Assembly (NCBI GenBank): GCA_943359345.1
Contig: CALRHE010000004.1
Coordinates: 1-59,600, forward strand
Source: Candidatus Uhrbacteria bacterium
Lineage (GTDB): Bacteria; Patescibacteriota; Patescibacteriia; UBA9934
DNA length: 59,600 nt
Direction: 5' to 3'
Positions within the stretch are counted from its first letter, which is position 1. Every line of letters starts with the position of its first letter. A model generated the notes under the pieces. That model saw nothing but the letters and a program-made list of their open reading frames with translations, made no database searches and was not told the DNA's origin. Of this stretch, positions 29,086-37,837 are shown piece by piece. The position numbers were made by a program, and so were the translations under genes.

Positions 29086-29820
29086 CTACGCCAAATCCAT
29101 GCGGATGGCCTCCAGGATGGAATAGTCATACCCTGGCTTGTAGTTTTCAAACACATCCCGTAAGGCAGGGTGTACGTCTGCTTCAGAAAGATCGGATGCG
29201 CAATTGAACAGGTGGAACTGCAGGCCGCCGAAATGGATGACTACCTTGAGCAGTTCCTGCCAATCGGCAAACATGTATGGAACCGTGAATACTTCCAGGC
29301 TATTCAAACCACCTTGATCGATGCACACACGGAAGCGATAGCGCAACGGAGGCGTTGCAAACTTGGCCGCGTCAGGCCCAGAGACGGTCGGCACAGCCTC
29401 GGACTGGCGGCTGGCCACTTCATTTGCGTGCACCAAAATCGCACCCTCATGCAAGAACTTGTAGCGTTTGGGAAACACCTGCACCATCCACTGATCAGGC
29501 AAGCTTTCGAGCAATGCCACCCCGAGTGCGTAGGCCAGCTGCCGACGCAATTCTATGGGTAGATCAGCGTGATCCTCAAGGCCCTCGATAATAATGTAGG
29601 CAACCCTCGGATCCCCAACCTCACCGTCATGGCATTCCCAAGGATTACCGAAATCGAAGATAACTGATTCACGGTCCTCAAGACCTGGAACCTGAGTGTC
29701 CGCGATGGTCTGCCAGAGAGAGCGGCGGACATCTGCTCGCCAAAAGCCGGCTGCCTCTTGACCGTGTTCCGCAATATACACCTCTGGAAACTCGTAATTT
29801 CCAATCCGAATGATGATCAT
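29086..29820 (-). CDS. ORFan hypothetical protein
   Basis: 244 aa; AGGAGG SD; TAGACT-17-TAACCT promoter upstream; GC-rich. Confidence 0.7.
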   Translation of the reverse strand: MIIIRIGNYEFPEVYIAEHGQEAAGFWRADVRRSLWQTIADTQVPGLEDRESVIFDFGNPWECHDGEVGDPRVAYIIIEGLEDHADLPIELRRQLAYALGVALLESLPDQWMVQVFPKRYKFLHEGAILVHANEVASRQSEAVPTVSGPDAAKFATPPLRYRFRVCIDQGGLNSLEVFTVPYMFADWQELLKVVIHFGGLQFHLFNCASDLSEADVHPALRDVFENYKPGYDYSILEAIRMDLA

Positions 29821-30048
29821 GTTCCCTCCTAAGTAGGTCGTCGTCTGGCCCTGCCATAGGGTTCGTTTCCTAGGAAGCGAAAACTCAGGTTACATAAAAA
29901 TATGCTTTTAGTCTAGCCCTCAATTCATCGGGCCTTGAAATCACTCAGGCTTTACTGGAATAGACAAAATCTATATTCAGTAGTAATCTGCTCAGTCGTA
30001 AGACAATCAACCAACCAACAAACCAATCTACTCCGTGGAGGAAATCAC

Positions 30049-30348
30049 ATGAGCGCCGCCTTGTATGACATCGATTACAGGCACGCCACCATCACCGAAC
30101 ATCGTGGACGCGACACGTGTGTAGGCAGAGTGGTGCGCGTTGAGCCCGACATGCAGGCAGGTCTAATCACACTGTGGTGGTCTGGACCAAGGGGCAATCT
30201 CCGTCGGGCTGTACTCGTATTCGCGGACTGGGATATCGAGTACCGCGACGGACAGGCTGTATTCCAAAAGGCTGCCAATCCACAACCCAATTACCACGGT
30301 CACGCGACACCCAATGTAACCGGCTACATGATCGCATTAGCCCCGTGA
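30049..30348 (+). CDS. ORFan hypothetical protein (start moved to ATG 30049)
   Basis: GGAGG SD 7 nt upstream; TAGACA-17-TAATCT promoter at 29961-29989. Confidence 0.65.
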   Translation: MSAALYDIDYRHATITEHRGRDTCVGRVVRVEPDMQAGLITLWWSGPRGNLRRAVLVFADWDIEYRDGQAVFQKAANPQPNYHGHATPNVTGYMIALAP

Positions 30349-30377
30349 CTGCCGTCTCACCCCATGCAAACAACGAG

Positions 30378-30426
30378 CCCCCTCTACTGGGAGCCTGGTC
30401 GTTCTCAGCACGGGGTTTGTTGTTTA
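30378..30426 (+). repeat. 49-nt structured 3' element, copy 1
   Basis: ccccctctactgggagcctggtcgttctcagcacggggtttgttgttta, identical to 31303-31351. Confidence 0.9.
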
Positions 30427-30669
30427 AATAAAATCTGTTTAGAACAGCTAAAATACAAATCCACCTTCGTGATGAAGACGGACTGGTGGTGAACCGAAAG
30501 CTACGTTAACCGAATATTTAGAGAAAACGTTGAAAAGCTCGCATTGCTGAAGTTTAGCTTCGGAACACCCGTTGCCGCCGAATAGACAGAGCGAGCTATT
30601 TATGATAGTCTCTTGGGTCGCAAGACGCCCTACGGCAGGGACAGCCGTGTTCTTTCAAGGAGGTCGACC

Positions 30670-31272
30670 ATGTATCAAGTGGCCGTGCTGATAACAGCCG
30701 GACTCATTCTCATTTCAGCGGTGGACTACGTCCGCCGCGCCTGGAGAGGTGAGACGAATCCGGTGCCCGCCACCTGGATACTCATGATGGTTATGATCAG
30801 TCTGTCCTGCTGGACTTACTGGCAGAGCCCTAGCAGGTCGTGGACAAGTAATATCGCTGTTCCGGCGAGCGTCCCCAACGTCGCCTACATCCTGTCCGCG
30901 GTTCTTATCCTAAATGCGCGTCGGGGAAGCCTGGTGGTTGCTTTCGACCGCGTACAGAGATGGTGCCTGTTTGGTGGGGCCGGAGTCGTGGTGTTTTGGT
31001 TCATTACCAAGAACGCCCTCGTCTCCTACATCCTCGTCCAGTGCATCGGGCTCATTGCCTACGCAGCGACTGCCCGGAGGCTCTGGTACGCGGAGCGCGT
31101 GACCGAACCTTTGGTCTTCTGGGTCTGTATCCTGTTTGCGAACTTGTGCGCCTTGTACCCGGCGTGGGTGCGTGACGACATGTTCTCCTGGATCTACCTT
31201 ATCCGGACCATCCCCACCACTTCCGGCATGATCTTTCTTATCGCCCGCGCACAGCGGCGTATGAAGTCATGA
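30670..31272 (+). CDS. Multi-pass membrane protein (start moved to ATG 30670)
   Basis: AAGGAGGT SD; TAGACA-17-TAGTCT promoter at 30583-30611; about 6 TM helices, GETNPVPATW motif. Confidence 0.75.
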   Translation: MYQVAVLITAGLILISAVDYVRRAWRGETNPVPATWILMMVMISLSCWTYWQSPSRSWTSNIAVPASVPNVAYILSAVLILNARRGSLVVAFDRVQRWCLFGGAGVVVFWFITKNALVSYILVQCIGLIAYAATARRLWYAERVTEPLVFWVCILFANLCALYPAWVRDDMFSWIYLIRTIPTTSGMIFLIARAQRRMKS

Positions 31273-31302
31273 TCGCGTATCTCGCCCCGTACGAGCGACA
31301 AT

Positions 31303-31351
31303 CCCCCTCTACTGGGAGCCTGGTCGTTCTCAGCACGGGGTTTGTTGTTTA
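31303..31351 (+). repeat. 49-nt structured 3' element, copy 2
   Basis: Identical to 30378-30426. Confidence 0.9.
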
Positions 31352-31631
31352 GTGATAATATCTTTATGTATTAAGGAATTCGAAACCCGCGAGTAAAGCT
31401 GCTAAAAATGGGACACATATTAGCAGATGCCGAAATATCCTTTGCTATTTCTTAAACCTTAAAATAAATTCCTGTATTTAACATAGTTGGTCTAGATAGA
31501 ACTAGTAAAAATACTCTTGAAAATGAACAGGCATCTTGGCTTTTTTAACCTGACTTAGGACACATGCAGAGTAAGCTTATGCCAAAATTAGCTAGCTTTT
31601 TTTTGGAAAAATATAGTAGAGTAGTCTGATT

Positions 31632-32057
31632 ATGAATCCTTTTCTCAAAGTAGCAGGAATCCTAGTTGGTAGTGCTCTTGTTGCGACTACAGTAATAAAT
31701 CTATCGAAAAATATTCCGCTACTAGTTCAAAGCGAGACTGTTCAAGAAACTCCAAAATTCACACTGCCAAGTCAAATTCAAAAACCAGCCCTCATTCAAG
31801 CTACAGGTGGAGGAGCGATCGAAGAAGCTGTTGTTGAAAAACCAGAAGTTAAGAAAATCGTTACTCCTCCAAAGACACAAGTTAGACCAGTATCAAATTG
31901 CCATCCAAGCTATTCAGGATGCCTTGAAATGAATGCTGGTGACTATGACTGTGACAGCGGTTCAGGCAATGGTCCAAATTACACCGGATCAATTGAAGTA
32001 TACGGCTCTGACCCATTTGACCTTGACCGAGATAATGATGGTTGGGGCTGTGAGTAG
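31632..32057 (+). CDS. Membrane-anchored protein with a C-terminal Excalibur-like Ca-binding domain
   Basis: N-terminal TM, Pro/Lys linker, CHPSYSGC..DYDC...DPFDLDRDNDGWGCE. Confidence 0.75.
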   Translation: MNPFLKVAGILVGSALVATTVINLSKNIPLLVQSETVQETPKFTLPSQIQKPALIQATGGGAIEEAVVEKPEVKKIVTPPKTQVRPVSNCHPSYSGCLEMNAGDYDCDSGSGNGPNYTGSIEVYGSDPFDLDRDNDGWGCE

Positions 32058-32443
32058 TATGAATAATTGTTGTACTATTTAACTAAAACGTTATAAAAAA
32101 GACATCCAAATGAAGTACCAGATATTATAAAAATTATCTGAGGTTTTTCTATACACTCAATCAACGTTCTCCCTCGATTTAGTTTGTTCTTGGTGAACCA
32201 CCCTCCAGAAATGTGGAACCTCATTCTCGAAGAGCTGAAGCAGCTCTATGTTCTGCAAACCGAGGAAAACAGAGCTACGGCATTTGCTCGATAGGACTAC
32301 CGATGGGGAGTAGAACAAGAAGAAACAAGGCGAGATTCATGAAGTCAGCCCGTTCATTGGTACACGGGATTTTCAGGGCAGAGATTATGGAGGAATGGTC
32401 AATATAACTTGGCTAACATAAGCCATTATATTGCGAGTTTACC

Positions 32444-32472
32444 TTGACAAAAGGTCAAAAAAGTGTTATAGT
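32444..32472 (+). promoter_or_regulatory. Near-consensus sigma70 promoter
   Basis: TTGACA, 17 nt, (TG)TATAGT. Confidence 0.75.
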
Positions 32473-32663
32473 AATAGACGTAAGATGTTCATTGTCATGG
32501 TGCTTGCGGCAAGTCATTGTTCCGCGCTTTGAGGAAAGAAAATAGCTTCTTTTCTGAAAGCGCGTCGAGCAATGGCTCGCGGCAATCGGTGGCACCCGCC
32601 ACCAACGCTGACGGTACGCCCTGACCGTCGGTTTCCTCCAAAGGGCTACAATCGGAGCACCCC

Positions 32664-32957
32664 ATGACGACGACCCAGACCACCCGCGCCCCCGAGACCG
32701 CCACCTCCTTCGCTTCCCGCGTGGAGCGGCACAGCGGCCTCAAGGTCAGCCGCATCCCCAACGCGGAGCCCGAGGTCATGCTCGGCGGTGCCATCATCTG
32801 CAACTCCCCCCACGGTACGCTGGTCTTCACGGACTGGTCGCATCAGGAGGAGGACGGCACGGACATCTACTCCAAGGCCGTCATCGTGAACCGTGGGAGC
32901 GAACTCGCCCCCGCCGACCACGATGCGGACGGCATCATCCCGCAGGACAACAAGTAG
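32664..32957 (+). CDS. ORFan hypothetical protein, strongly GC-rich
   Basis: 97 aa, GGAG SD, GC3-rich codons, downstream hairpin. Confidence 0.65.
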   Translation: MTTTQTTRAPETATSFASRVERHSGLKVSRIPNAEPEVMLGGAIICNSPHGTLVFTDWSHQEEDGTDIYSKAVIVNRGSELAPADHDADGIIPQDNK

Positions 32958-33004
32958 CACTCTCGCGCATCGGCGCGGCTACGCACCTCAACGTTCAATC
33001 GTTG

Positions 33005-33040
33005 CAAGGAGCGTAACCCGTCGGTGCGCTCTTTGTTTAC
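33005..33040 (+). terminator. Intrinsic terminator-like hairpin
   Basis: caaggagcg...cgctctttg followed by ttt. Confidence 0.5.
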
Positions 33041-33086
33041 AGTAGGTTTTCTATGATAAAATCAGGTGACTAAATAACTTTTCCCT

Positions 33087-33434
33087 ATGTTAGGACGACA
33101 TCCTGAAGGAGGAATGGAAGTGCCGCAGCCACCCGAGGCCACAGAGCACAAGATACAGTCAAAGTATATTTATCGTGAGGAGGGCGTACCCGAGGATCCA
33201 GCAACGCTCAATGCCCTACAAGAGTGGGCGGATGCGTGGGGTGAATACGTCTGGCAATGTAAAATCGAAAACCAGCCAGTTCCTCCAAACGATGACGAGG
33301 TAAGTGCTGACCTCAAAGCAAAGGGTGACCTTTTGGAGCAGAAAGGCGCAGCTCTTGAAAAAATGCTACCAGAGGCCAAGTTCTATTCTGGCGTTGTCAT
33401 TTGGGAGGGCGGACACGTTGAACTGACCACATAA
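33087..33434 (+). CDS. Hypothetical acidic protein
   Basis: 115-aa ORF filling an intergenic gap, followed by a hairpin. Confidence 0.65.
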   Translation: MLGRHPEGGMEVPQPPEATEHKIQSKYIYREEGVPEDPATLNALQEWADAWGEYVWQCKIENQPVPPNDDEVSADLKAKGDLLEQKGAALEKMLPEAKFYSGVVIWEGGHVELTT

Positions 33435-33485
33435 AAGAAAAAGAACAGCCAATAAAAACAACCCTCCACGAGGGAGAGTTGTCTT

Positions 33486-33560
33486 TGGTGACTCCACCGG
33501 GAATCGAACCCGGATTTAAGGCTTGAGAAGCCTCTGTCCTAACCGTTAGACGATGGAGCC
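33486..33560 (-). tRNA. tRNA-Glu(CTC), CCA encoded
   Basis: GGCTCCA...TGGAGTC acceptor stem, GAGGC-TTCTCAA-GCCTT anticodon arm, GGTTCGATTCC T arm. Confidence 0.95.
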
Positions 33561-33572
33561 AGAATATCTAGA

Positions 33573-33681
33573 CAATTTAATTAGGCTATCTTCTGCGTCA
33601 CTCGTTCCGTCGGATTCGTCGTACCTGTCAGTACGTCTCGTCCTTACTCGTTCGCTTCTAGAATCTGACCTAATTAAATTG
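33573..33681. repeat. 13-bp terminal inverted repeats enclosing an 83-nt structured core
   Basis: caatttaattagg (33573-33585) and cctaattaaattg (33669-33681); inner cgtac-ctgtca-gtacg hairpin. Confidence 0.6.
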
Positions 33682-33768
33682 ACTTTATTATGAAAAGAAC
33701 GGTGGAAGGATAGCCTGAAAGTCAGTATTGGTCAAGCTGTGTTTGGTCAGTTACACTAGGGTCAGATA

Positions 33769-34176
33769 ATGCTTATGTTGGTTATTCCCGAATCAGAAAT
33801 CGAGTTTGAATTTGTACGCTCATCCGGCCCGGGCGGGCAAAATGTCAACAAGACCTCGACTAAAGCGCAGTTACGCTGGCCGATGTTTGCGTCCAGCGTC
33901 TTGAGCGACGCAGACAAGCAAACACTCGCCATCAAACTCGCCCATCGCTTAACCCAAGATGGTTACTTGGCCATTGATGTGAGCGAGAAACGCTCGCAGC
34001 TCAGGAATAAACAACGAGCTCTAGAGCTCCTGCATGAACTCGTTAGTCAAGCACTCGAACCGACCATTCCCAGACTCCCAACACGTCCCACCAAAGCCTC
34101 GCGAGCAAAGCGTTTAAACAACAAACTCAAGCGTGGCAGTCTAAAACAGTTACGTAAACCTATAGCTGAGGACTAG
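33769..34176 (+). CDS. arfB: Alternative ribosome rescue factor ArfB (YaeJ)
   Basis: FVRSSGPGGQNVNK, RSQLRNK, basic tail PTRPTKASRAKRL..K. Confidence 0.95.
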   Translation: MLMLVIPESEIEFEFVRSSGPGGQNVNKTSTKAQLRWPMFASSVLSDADKQTLAIKLAHRLTQDGYLAIDVSEKRSQLRNKQRALELLHELVSQALEPTIPRLPTRPTKASRAKRLNNKLKRGSLKQLRKPIAED

Positions 34177-34262
34177 AACTGTCATCTTTTCCACAGACAG
34201 ATTTTACCAATACTAAATTAGTTAGTATTCTTAAGCCTATCTAATATTCATGCAAAATTTGT

Positions 34263-36086
34263 ATGTGTGGAATCATTGGCTTCATTGGTGACGAAGATGC
34301 TGTCAATCATATTACTGACGGGTTAACTATTCTGGAGAACCGTGGCTACGACTCGGCTGGTCTAGCCACACTCTCAGCCGCTGGCCAATTATTCGTCAGT
34401 AAATTTGCGAGTGGTGATCAGGCCGATGCCGTCGTCCATCTCAAACAGGTGGCCGGCCTGCACGTAGGGCACAAACTCGGGATCGGTCACACGCGTTGGG
34501 CTACGCACGGTGCCAAGACTGATACCAACGCCCATCCTCACCTTGATGCCAAACAGCGTGTCGCCGTCGTCCACAATGGTGTGATTACAAACTATACGAC
34601 TCTCAAACACCAACTGGTTAATCAGGGTATAAACTTCGTTTCCCAAACTGACACTGAGGTCATTGCACAACTTATCGGTGACGCGCTCGATCGTGGTCTA
34701 GAGCTCACCGAGGCCGTGCGCGATACACTTGGCAAACTCGAAGGCACCTGGGGGCTTGGCATTATTTCTCCGCTACTCCCCGATGGCATCATAGTTGCTA
34801 AAAACGGCAGTCCGCTTGTCATCGGCATAGCCGATGACAAAGCCTTCATAGCCTCTGAGCCGGTGGCCTTTGGCACAGCCACGCGTGATTTTATCGCACT
34901 CCAAAACGGCGAAATCGCTATCGTCCGGGCCAATCGAGATGGTCTCGATTTGACTAGGTTAGAAAAAGCCGCCGAAGAAACGATCGCTGTCTCGCCTGAA
35001 CCCTATCCTCACTGGACCATTAAAGAAATCCTAGAACAGCCCGAGGCTATCCGTCGCACCCTAAACCACGGCGCACGCCTGCGGTCAGATGTTGAGGTTA
35101 AACTCGGTGGCTTAGACATTCGCGAAGAAGAACTCGTGCAGATTCACCATCTCGTTATTGCCGCCTGCGGAACGTCCTACCACGCCGGCCTGTATGCAGC
35201 GCAATCGATGCGCTCACTAAACGCCTTCGAGACAGTTCAAGTGGTTGATGCTTCTGAGCTTACGCCCCAACATTTTGCGAGCGAGGGCGCCGGCCTACTC
35301 GTGATCTCTCAATCTGGAGAAACCAAAGATGTTCACCGAGCCGTCATCATGGCTCAAGAACTCGGAGTACCTGTTTTCTCGGTGGTCAACGCGGTCGGAT
35401 CGCTCATAGCCCGCACCACGCAGTGTGGTGTCTACCTTAACGCTGGACGTGAACGTGGAGTAGCCTCGACCAAAGCCTTCGTAACCCAGGTGGCAGCTCT
35501 CGAGCTCATTGCTATTTGGTTCTCCGAACAACAAGAAACCGAGGTGGCTAAACGACGCCAACTCGTCGAGGAATTGCATCGGCTCTCAACCAATATCGAG
35601 GCCGCCCTCAAACTTCGTGATCAATGTCACAACCTCGCCAAAAACTTACTCGAGGCCGAGCACATGTTCGTACTCGGCAAAGGCTACGGTGAAGCTATTG
35701 CTCGTGAGGGTGCCCTCAAAATTAAAGAAATCACCTACCTCCACGCCGAAGGTTATCCGGGTGGTGCCCTAAAGCACGGGCCGTTTGCACTTATACAACC
35801 CGGTACCCCAGTCATACTGGTTATTCTCGATGACGAACATGCTAATCATATGCGCACGGCCGCTGAAGAGGTGCGTGCTCGGGGTGCCCGTACGATTGTG
35901 ATTACTGATCGAGCAACCTTGGCAGAACACGTGGCTGATGAAACTCTCATCATTCCAAAAGACGGCACCTTGGTCGGACTCCTGGCAACTGTGCCACTCC
36001 AATTAATCGCCTATGAGCTTGCAGTCCTAAAGGGCATCAATCCCGACAAACCGAGAAACCTCGCCAAGGCCGTAACCGTTGATTAG
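34263..36086 (+). CDS. glmS: Glutamine-fructose-6-phosphate transaminase (isomerizing)
   Basis: MCGI, NRGYDSAG, GHTRWATHG, SQSGET, STKAF, KHGPFAL, PRNLAKAVTV. Confidence 0.98.
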   Translation: MCGIIGFIGDEDAVNHITDGLTILENRGYDSAGLATLSAAGQLFVSKFASGDQADAVVHLKQVAGLHVGHKLGIGHTRWATHGAKTDTNAHPHLDAKQRVAVVHNGVITNYTTLKHQLVNQGINFVSQTDTEVIAQLIGDALDRGLELTEAVRDTLGKLEGTWGLGIISPLLPDGIIVAKNGSPLVIGIADDKAFIASEPVAFGTATRDFIALQNGEIAIVRANRDGLDLTRLEKAAEETIAVSPEPYPHWTIKEILEQPEAIRRTLNHGARLRSDVEVKLGGLDIREEELVQIHHLVIAACGTSYHAGLYAAQSMRSLNAFETVQVVDASELTPQHFASEGAGLLVISQSGETKDVHRAVIMAQELGVPVFSVVNAVGSLIARTTQCGVYLNAGRERGVASTKAFVTQVAALELIAIWFSEQQETEVAKRRQLVEELHRLSTNIEAALKLRDQCHNLAKNLLEAEHMFVLGKGYGEAIAREGALKIKEITYLHAEGYPGGALKHGPFALIQPGTPVILVILDDEHANHMRTAAEEVRARGARTIVITDRATLAEHVADETLIIPKDGTLVGLLATVPLQLIAYELAVLKGINPDKPRNLAKAVTVD

Positions 36087-36844
36087 AGCGCCCGCATCTT
36101 TTTCTTGGTGCTCAGGTGCATGGCCACAAATACAAGCGCAGCTAAAGCAGCCACGACCACGAGCGAAATCATCGGGTTCCCGTCTGAGTAACCTGTGACC
36201 GCGTAACGTAATAAGTTAATGTTGTGATGAAGTGGGTTGAAGGCGCTGACTGTATCCCAGGGTGCTGGTAAATTTGCGATCGGATAAAACACCCCAGCCA
36301 GAAAAATCATCGGCTGCATCACAAACGTCGTCATGAACGTCAAGGACTCGAAGCCCTTGGCCCACATACCAAAAGTAACCCCAAGCATACCGAACTCGAG
36401 GGCTGTGAGCGAGAAGGCTAAGAGCAACAAGAATGGGTTGTTGATACCGAGCTCTGGGATAAACCAACCCGTCACCAAAACCGCCAAGCCGATTGTGAGT
36501 AAAGCTCGTGTAAGCGCTGCTAAGGCATAAGCCACGCCTATGCTCCAGGGTCGAAGTGGGGCTAATTGAAGATCAACAATCGTACCCGTATTCTTACCAA
36601 TAACTAAAGCAAAGGCCGGATTAGAAAAGCTGCTGTTAACGATATTCATGGACAACAAGCCCACATAAATAAATAACACATACGGCAAACCCCCAATCTC
36701 TTGACCTCCGGCTACAATTCCAAAGACTGACAAGAACAGAATTGTGGACACGATCGGACTAAAGACCGTATCCATCCAGATTTTCTGAAAGCGCTTAACT
36801 TCACGCGCATACAGCGCCCACATGTAGGTCATATTTCGAGCCAC
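36083..36844 (-). CDS. ABC-2 type transporter permease (YadH-like)
   Basis: REVKRF, GVFYPI, FNPLHHNINLLRY; the start may be ATG 36832. Confidence 0.88.
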   Translation of the reverse strand: MARNMTYMWALYAREVKRFQKIWMDTVFSPIVSTILFLSVFGIVAGGQEIGGLPYVLFIYVGLLSMNIVNSSFSNPAFALVIGKNTGTIVDLQLAPLRPWSIGVAYALAALTRALLTIGLAVLVTGWFIPELGINNPFLLLLAFSLTALEFGMLGVTFGMWAKGFESLTFMTTFVMQPMIFLAGVFYPIANLPAPWDTVSAFNPLHHNINLLRYAVTGYSDGNPMISLVVVAALAALVFVAMHLSTKKKMRAL

Positions 36845-36920
36845 CCTGAGTTCAACAAAGGGTCAGGTCCCCCGAGGCTGAAACACCACGGGCTACTTAT
36901 CCTTCCTTACGTCAGGATGG
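36841..36920. repeat. Degenerate REP-doublet of the same family as 22798-23054
   Basis: ccaccctgagttcaacaaagggtc...atccttccttacgtcaggatgg; the arm ends match the GIY-YIG-associated arms. Confidence 0.6.
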
Positions 36921-36928
36921 AAATTAGT

Positions 36929-37831
36929 TCACCGCGTAAGTTCTAAGAAGATCGTCTCAAGCGAGGCGGCTCCGGATTTAATCGACTTAATGTTGCCTGT
37001 GTAGTGCGAGGTCAGGGCGTGCATGTCTGGTCCCAGATCTGTGAGTGGATATTCAAATTCAACGCCTATCGATTTGACTTCCGCTAGGTGTGGGACATTG
37101 ATGTCGAAGAGCTCAAAATGGATTGAATTCTGTGCAAACTCTGTCTGCATGTCCTTCAAATTACCCTCACGCACAACCTGTCCGTGATTGATCAAGGTAA
37201 TTTCGTCACACAGCTGCTCGGCTTCTTCCAGGTAATGCGTTGTAAACAAAATCGTCATCCCCTCTTGGTTTAAACGCCGCACCAGCTGCCAAATCTTTTG
37301 GCGCAAAGCTACGTCAACACCGGCGGTTGGCTCATCGAGAATCAAAAATTTCGGCTTGTGAATCAAGGCTTTAGCAATCATCAAACGCCTTTTCATGCCA
37401 CCCGATAAATGCTTAGCCCGTTCATCAATTTTGTCGAGTAAATCAAGATCCGTAAGCACGGCCTCAATGCGAGCATTACGCTCGTGGCTTGGGACTCCAT
37501 GCATACCAGAAAAATAGTGCAAAACCTCACGAACCGTAAAGGCCATTTCATAGGTCACTTCCTGGGGCACCACGCCTATGAGTTTTTTAGCTTCTAAAGT
37601 GTCGCTAACAATATCCAAACCAAAAATTTCGATCTTGCCAGTATCTGGCAATAACATACCGCTTAGCATACCAATCAAGGTCGACTTACCGGCCCCGTTT
37701 GGACCAAGTAGGCCATGAATTTTACCTTGCTCTATCTTAATCGAAACTGTTTTAAGAGCCTCGACCACTGGTCGTTTGGACGGATGAAAGGTTTTACTAA
37801 CCTGGCTAACCAGTAACGGTAACATAAACAA
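36929..37831 (-). CDS. ABC transporter ATP-binding protein (YadG-like)
   Basis: GPNGAGKST, LSGGMKRR, ILDEPT, TTHYLEEAE. Confidence 0.93.
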   Translation of the reverse strand: MFMLPLLVSQVSKTFHPSKRPVVEALKTVSIKIEQGKIHGLLGPNGAGKSTLIGMLSGMLLPDTGKIEIFGLDIVSDTLEAKKLIGVVPQEVTYEMAFTVREVLHYFSGMHGVPSHERNARIEAVLTDLDLLDKIDERAKHLSGGMKRRLMIAKALIHKPKFLILDEPTAGVDVALRQKIWQLVRRLNQEGMTILFTTHYLEEAEQLCDEITLINHGQVVREGNLKDMQTEFAQNSIHFELFDINVPHLAEVKSIGVEFEYPLTDLGPDMHALTSHYTGNIKSIKSGAASLETIFLELTR

Positions 37832-37837
37832 GCAAGT

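Noticed and set aside
30367-31351. Integron attC sites
   Set aside because: The ends do not fit RYYYAAC/GTTRRRY, the copies are identical rather than degenerate, and no intI is present; kept only as a cassette-like hypothesis
32110-32407. Gene or GNAT pseudogene in the AT-rich spacer
   Set aside because: Only short interrupted frames with no convincing motif
32495-32960. Minus-strand ORFs of 111 and 104 aa
   Set aside because: GC-rich shadows of the plus-strand ORFan, which has the SD, promoter and terminator
29060-33485. Prophage or ICE at tRNA-Glu
   Set aside because: No integrase, structural, replication or conjugation genes and no att duplication seen
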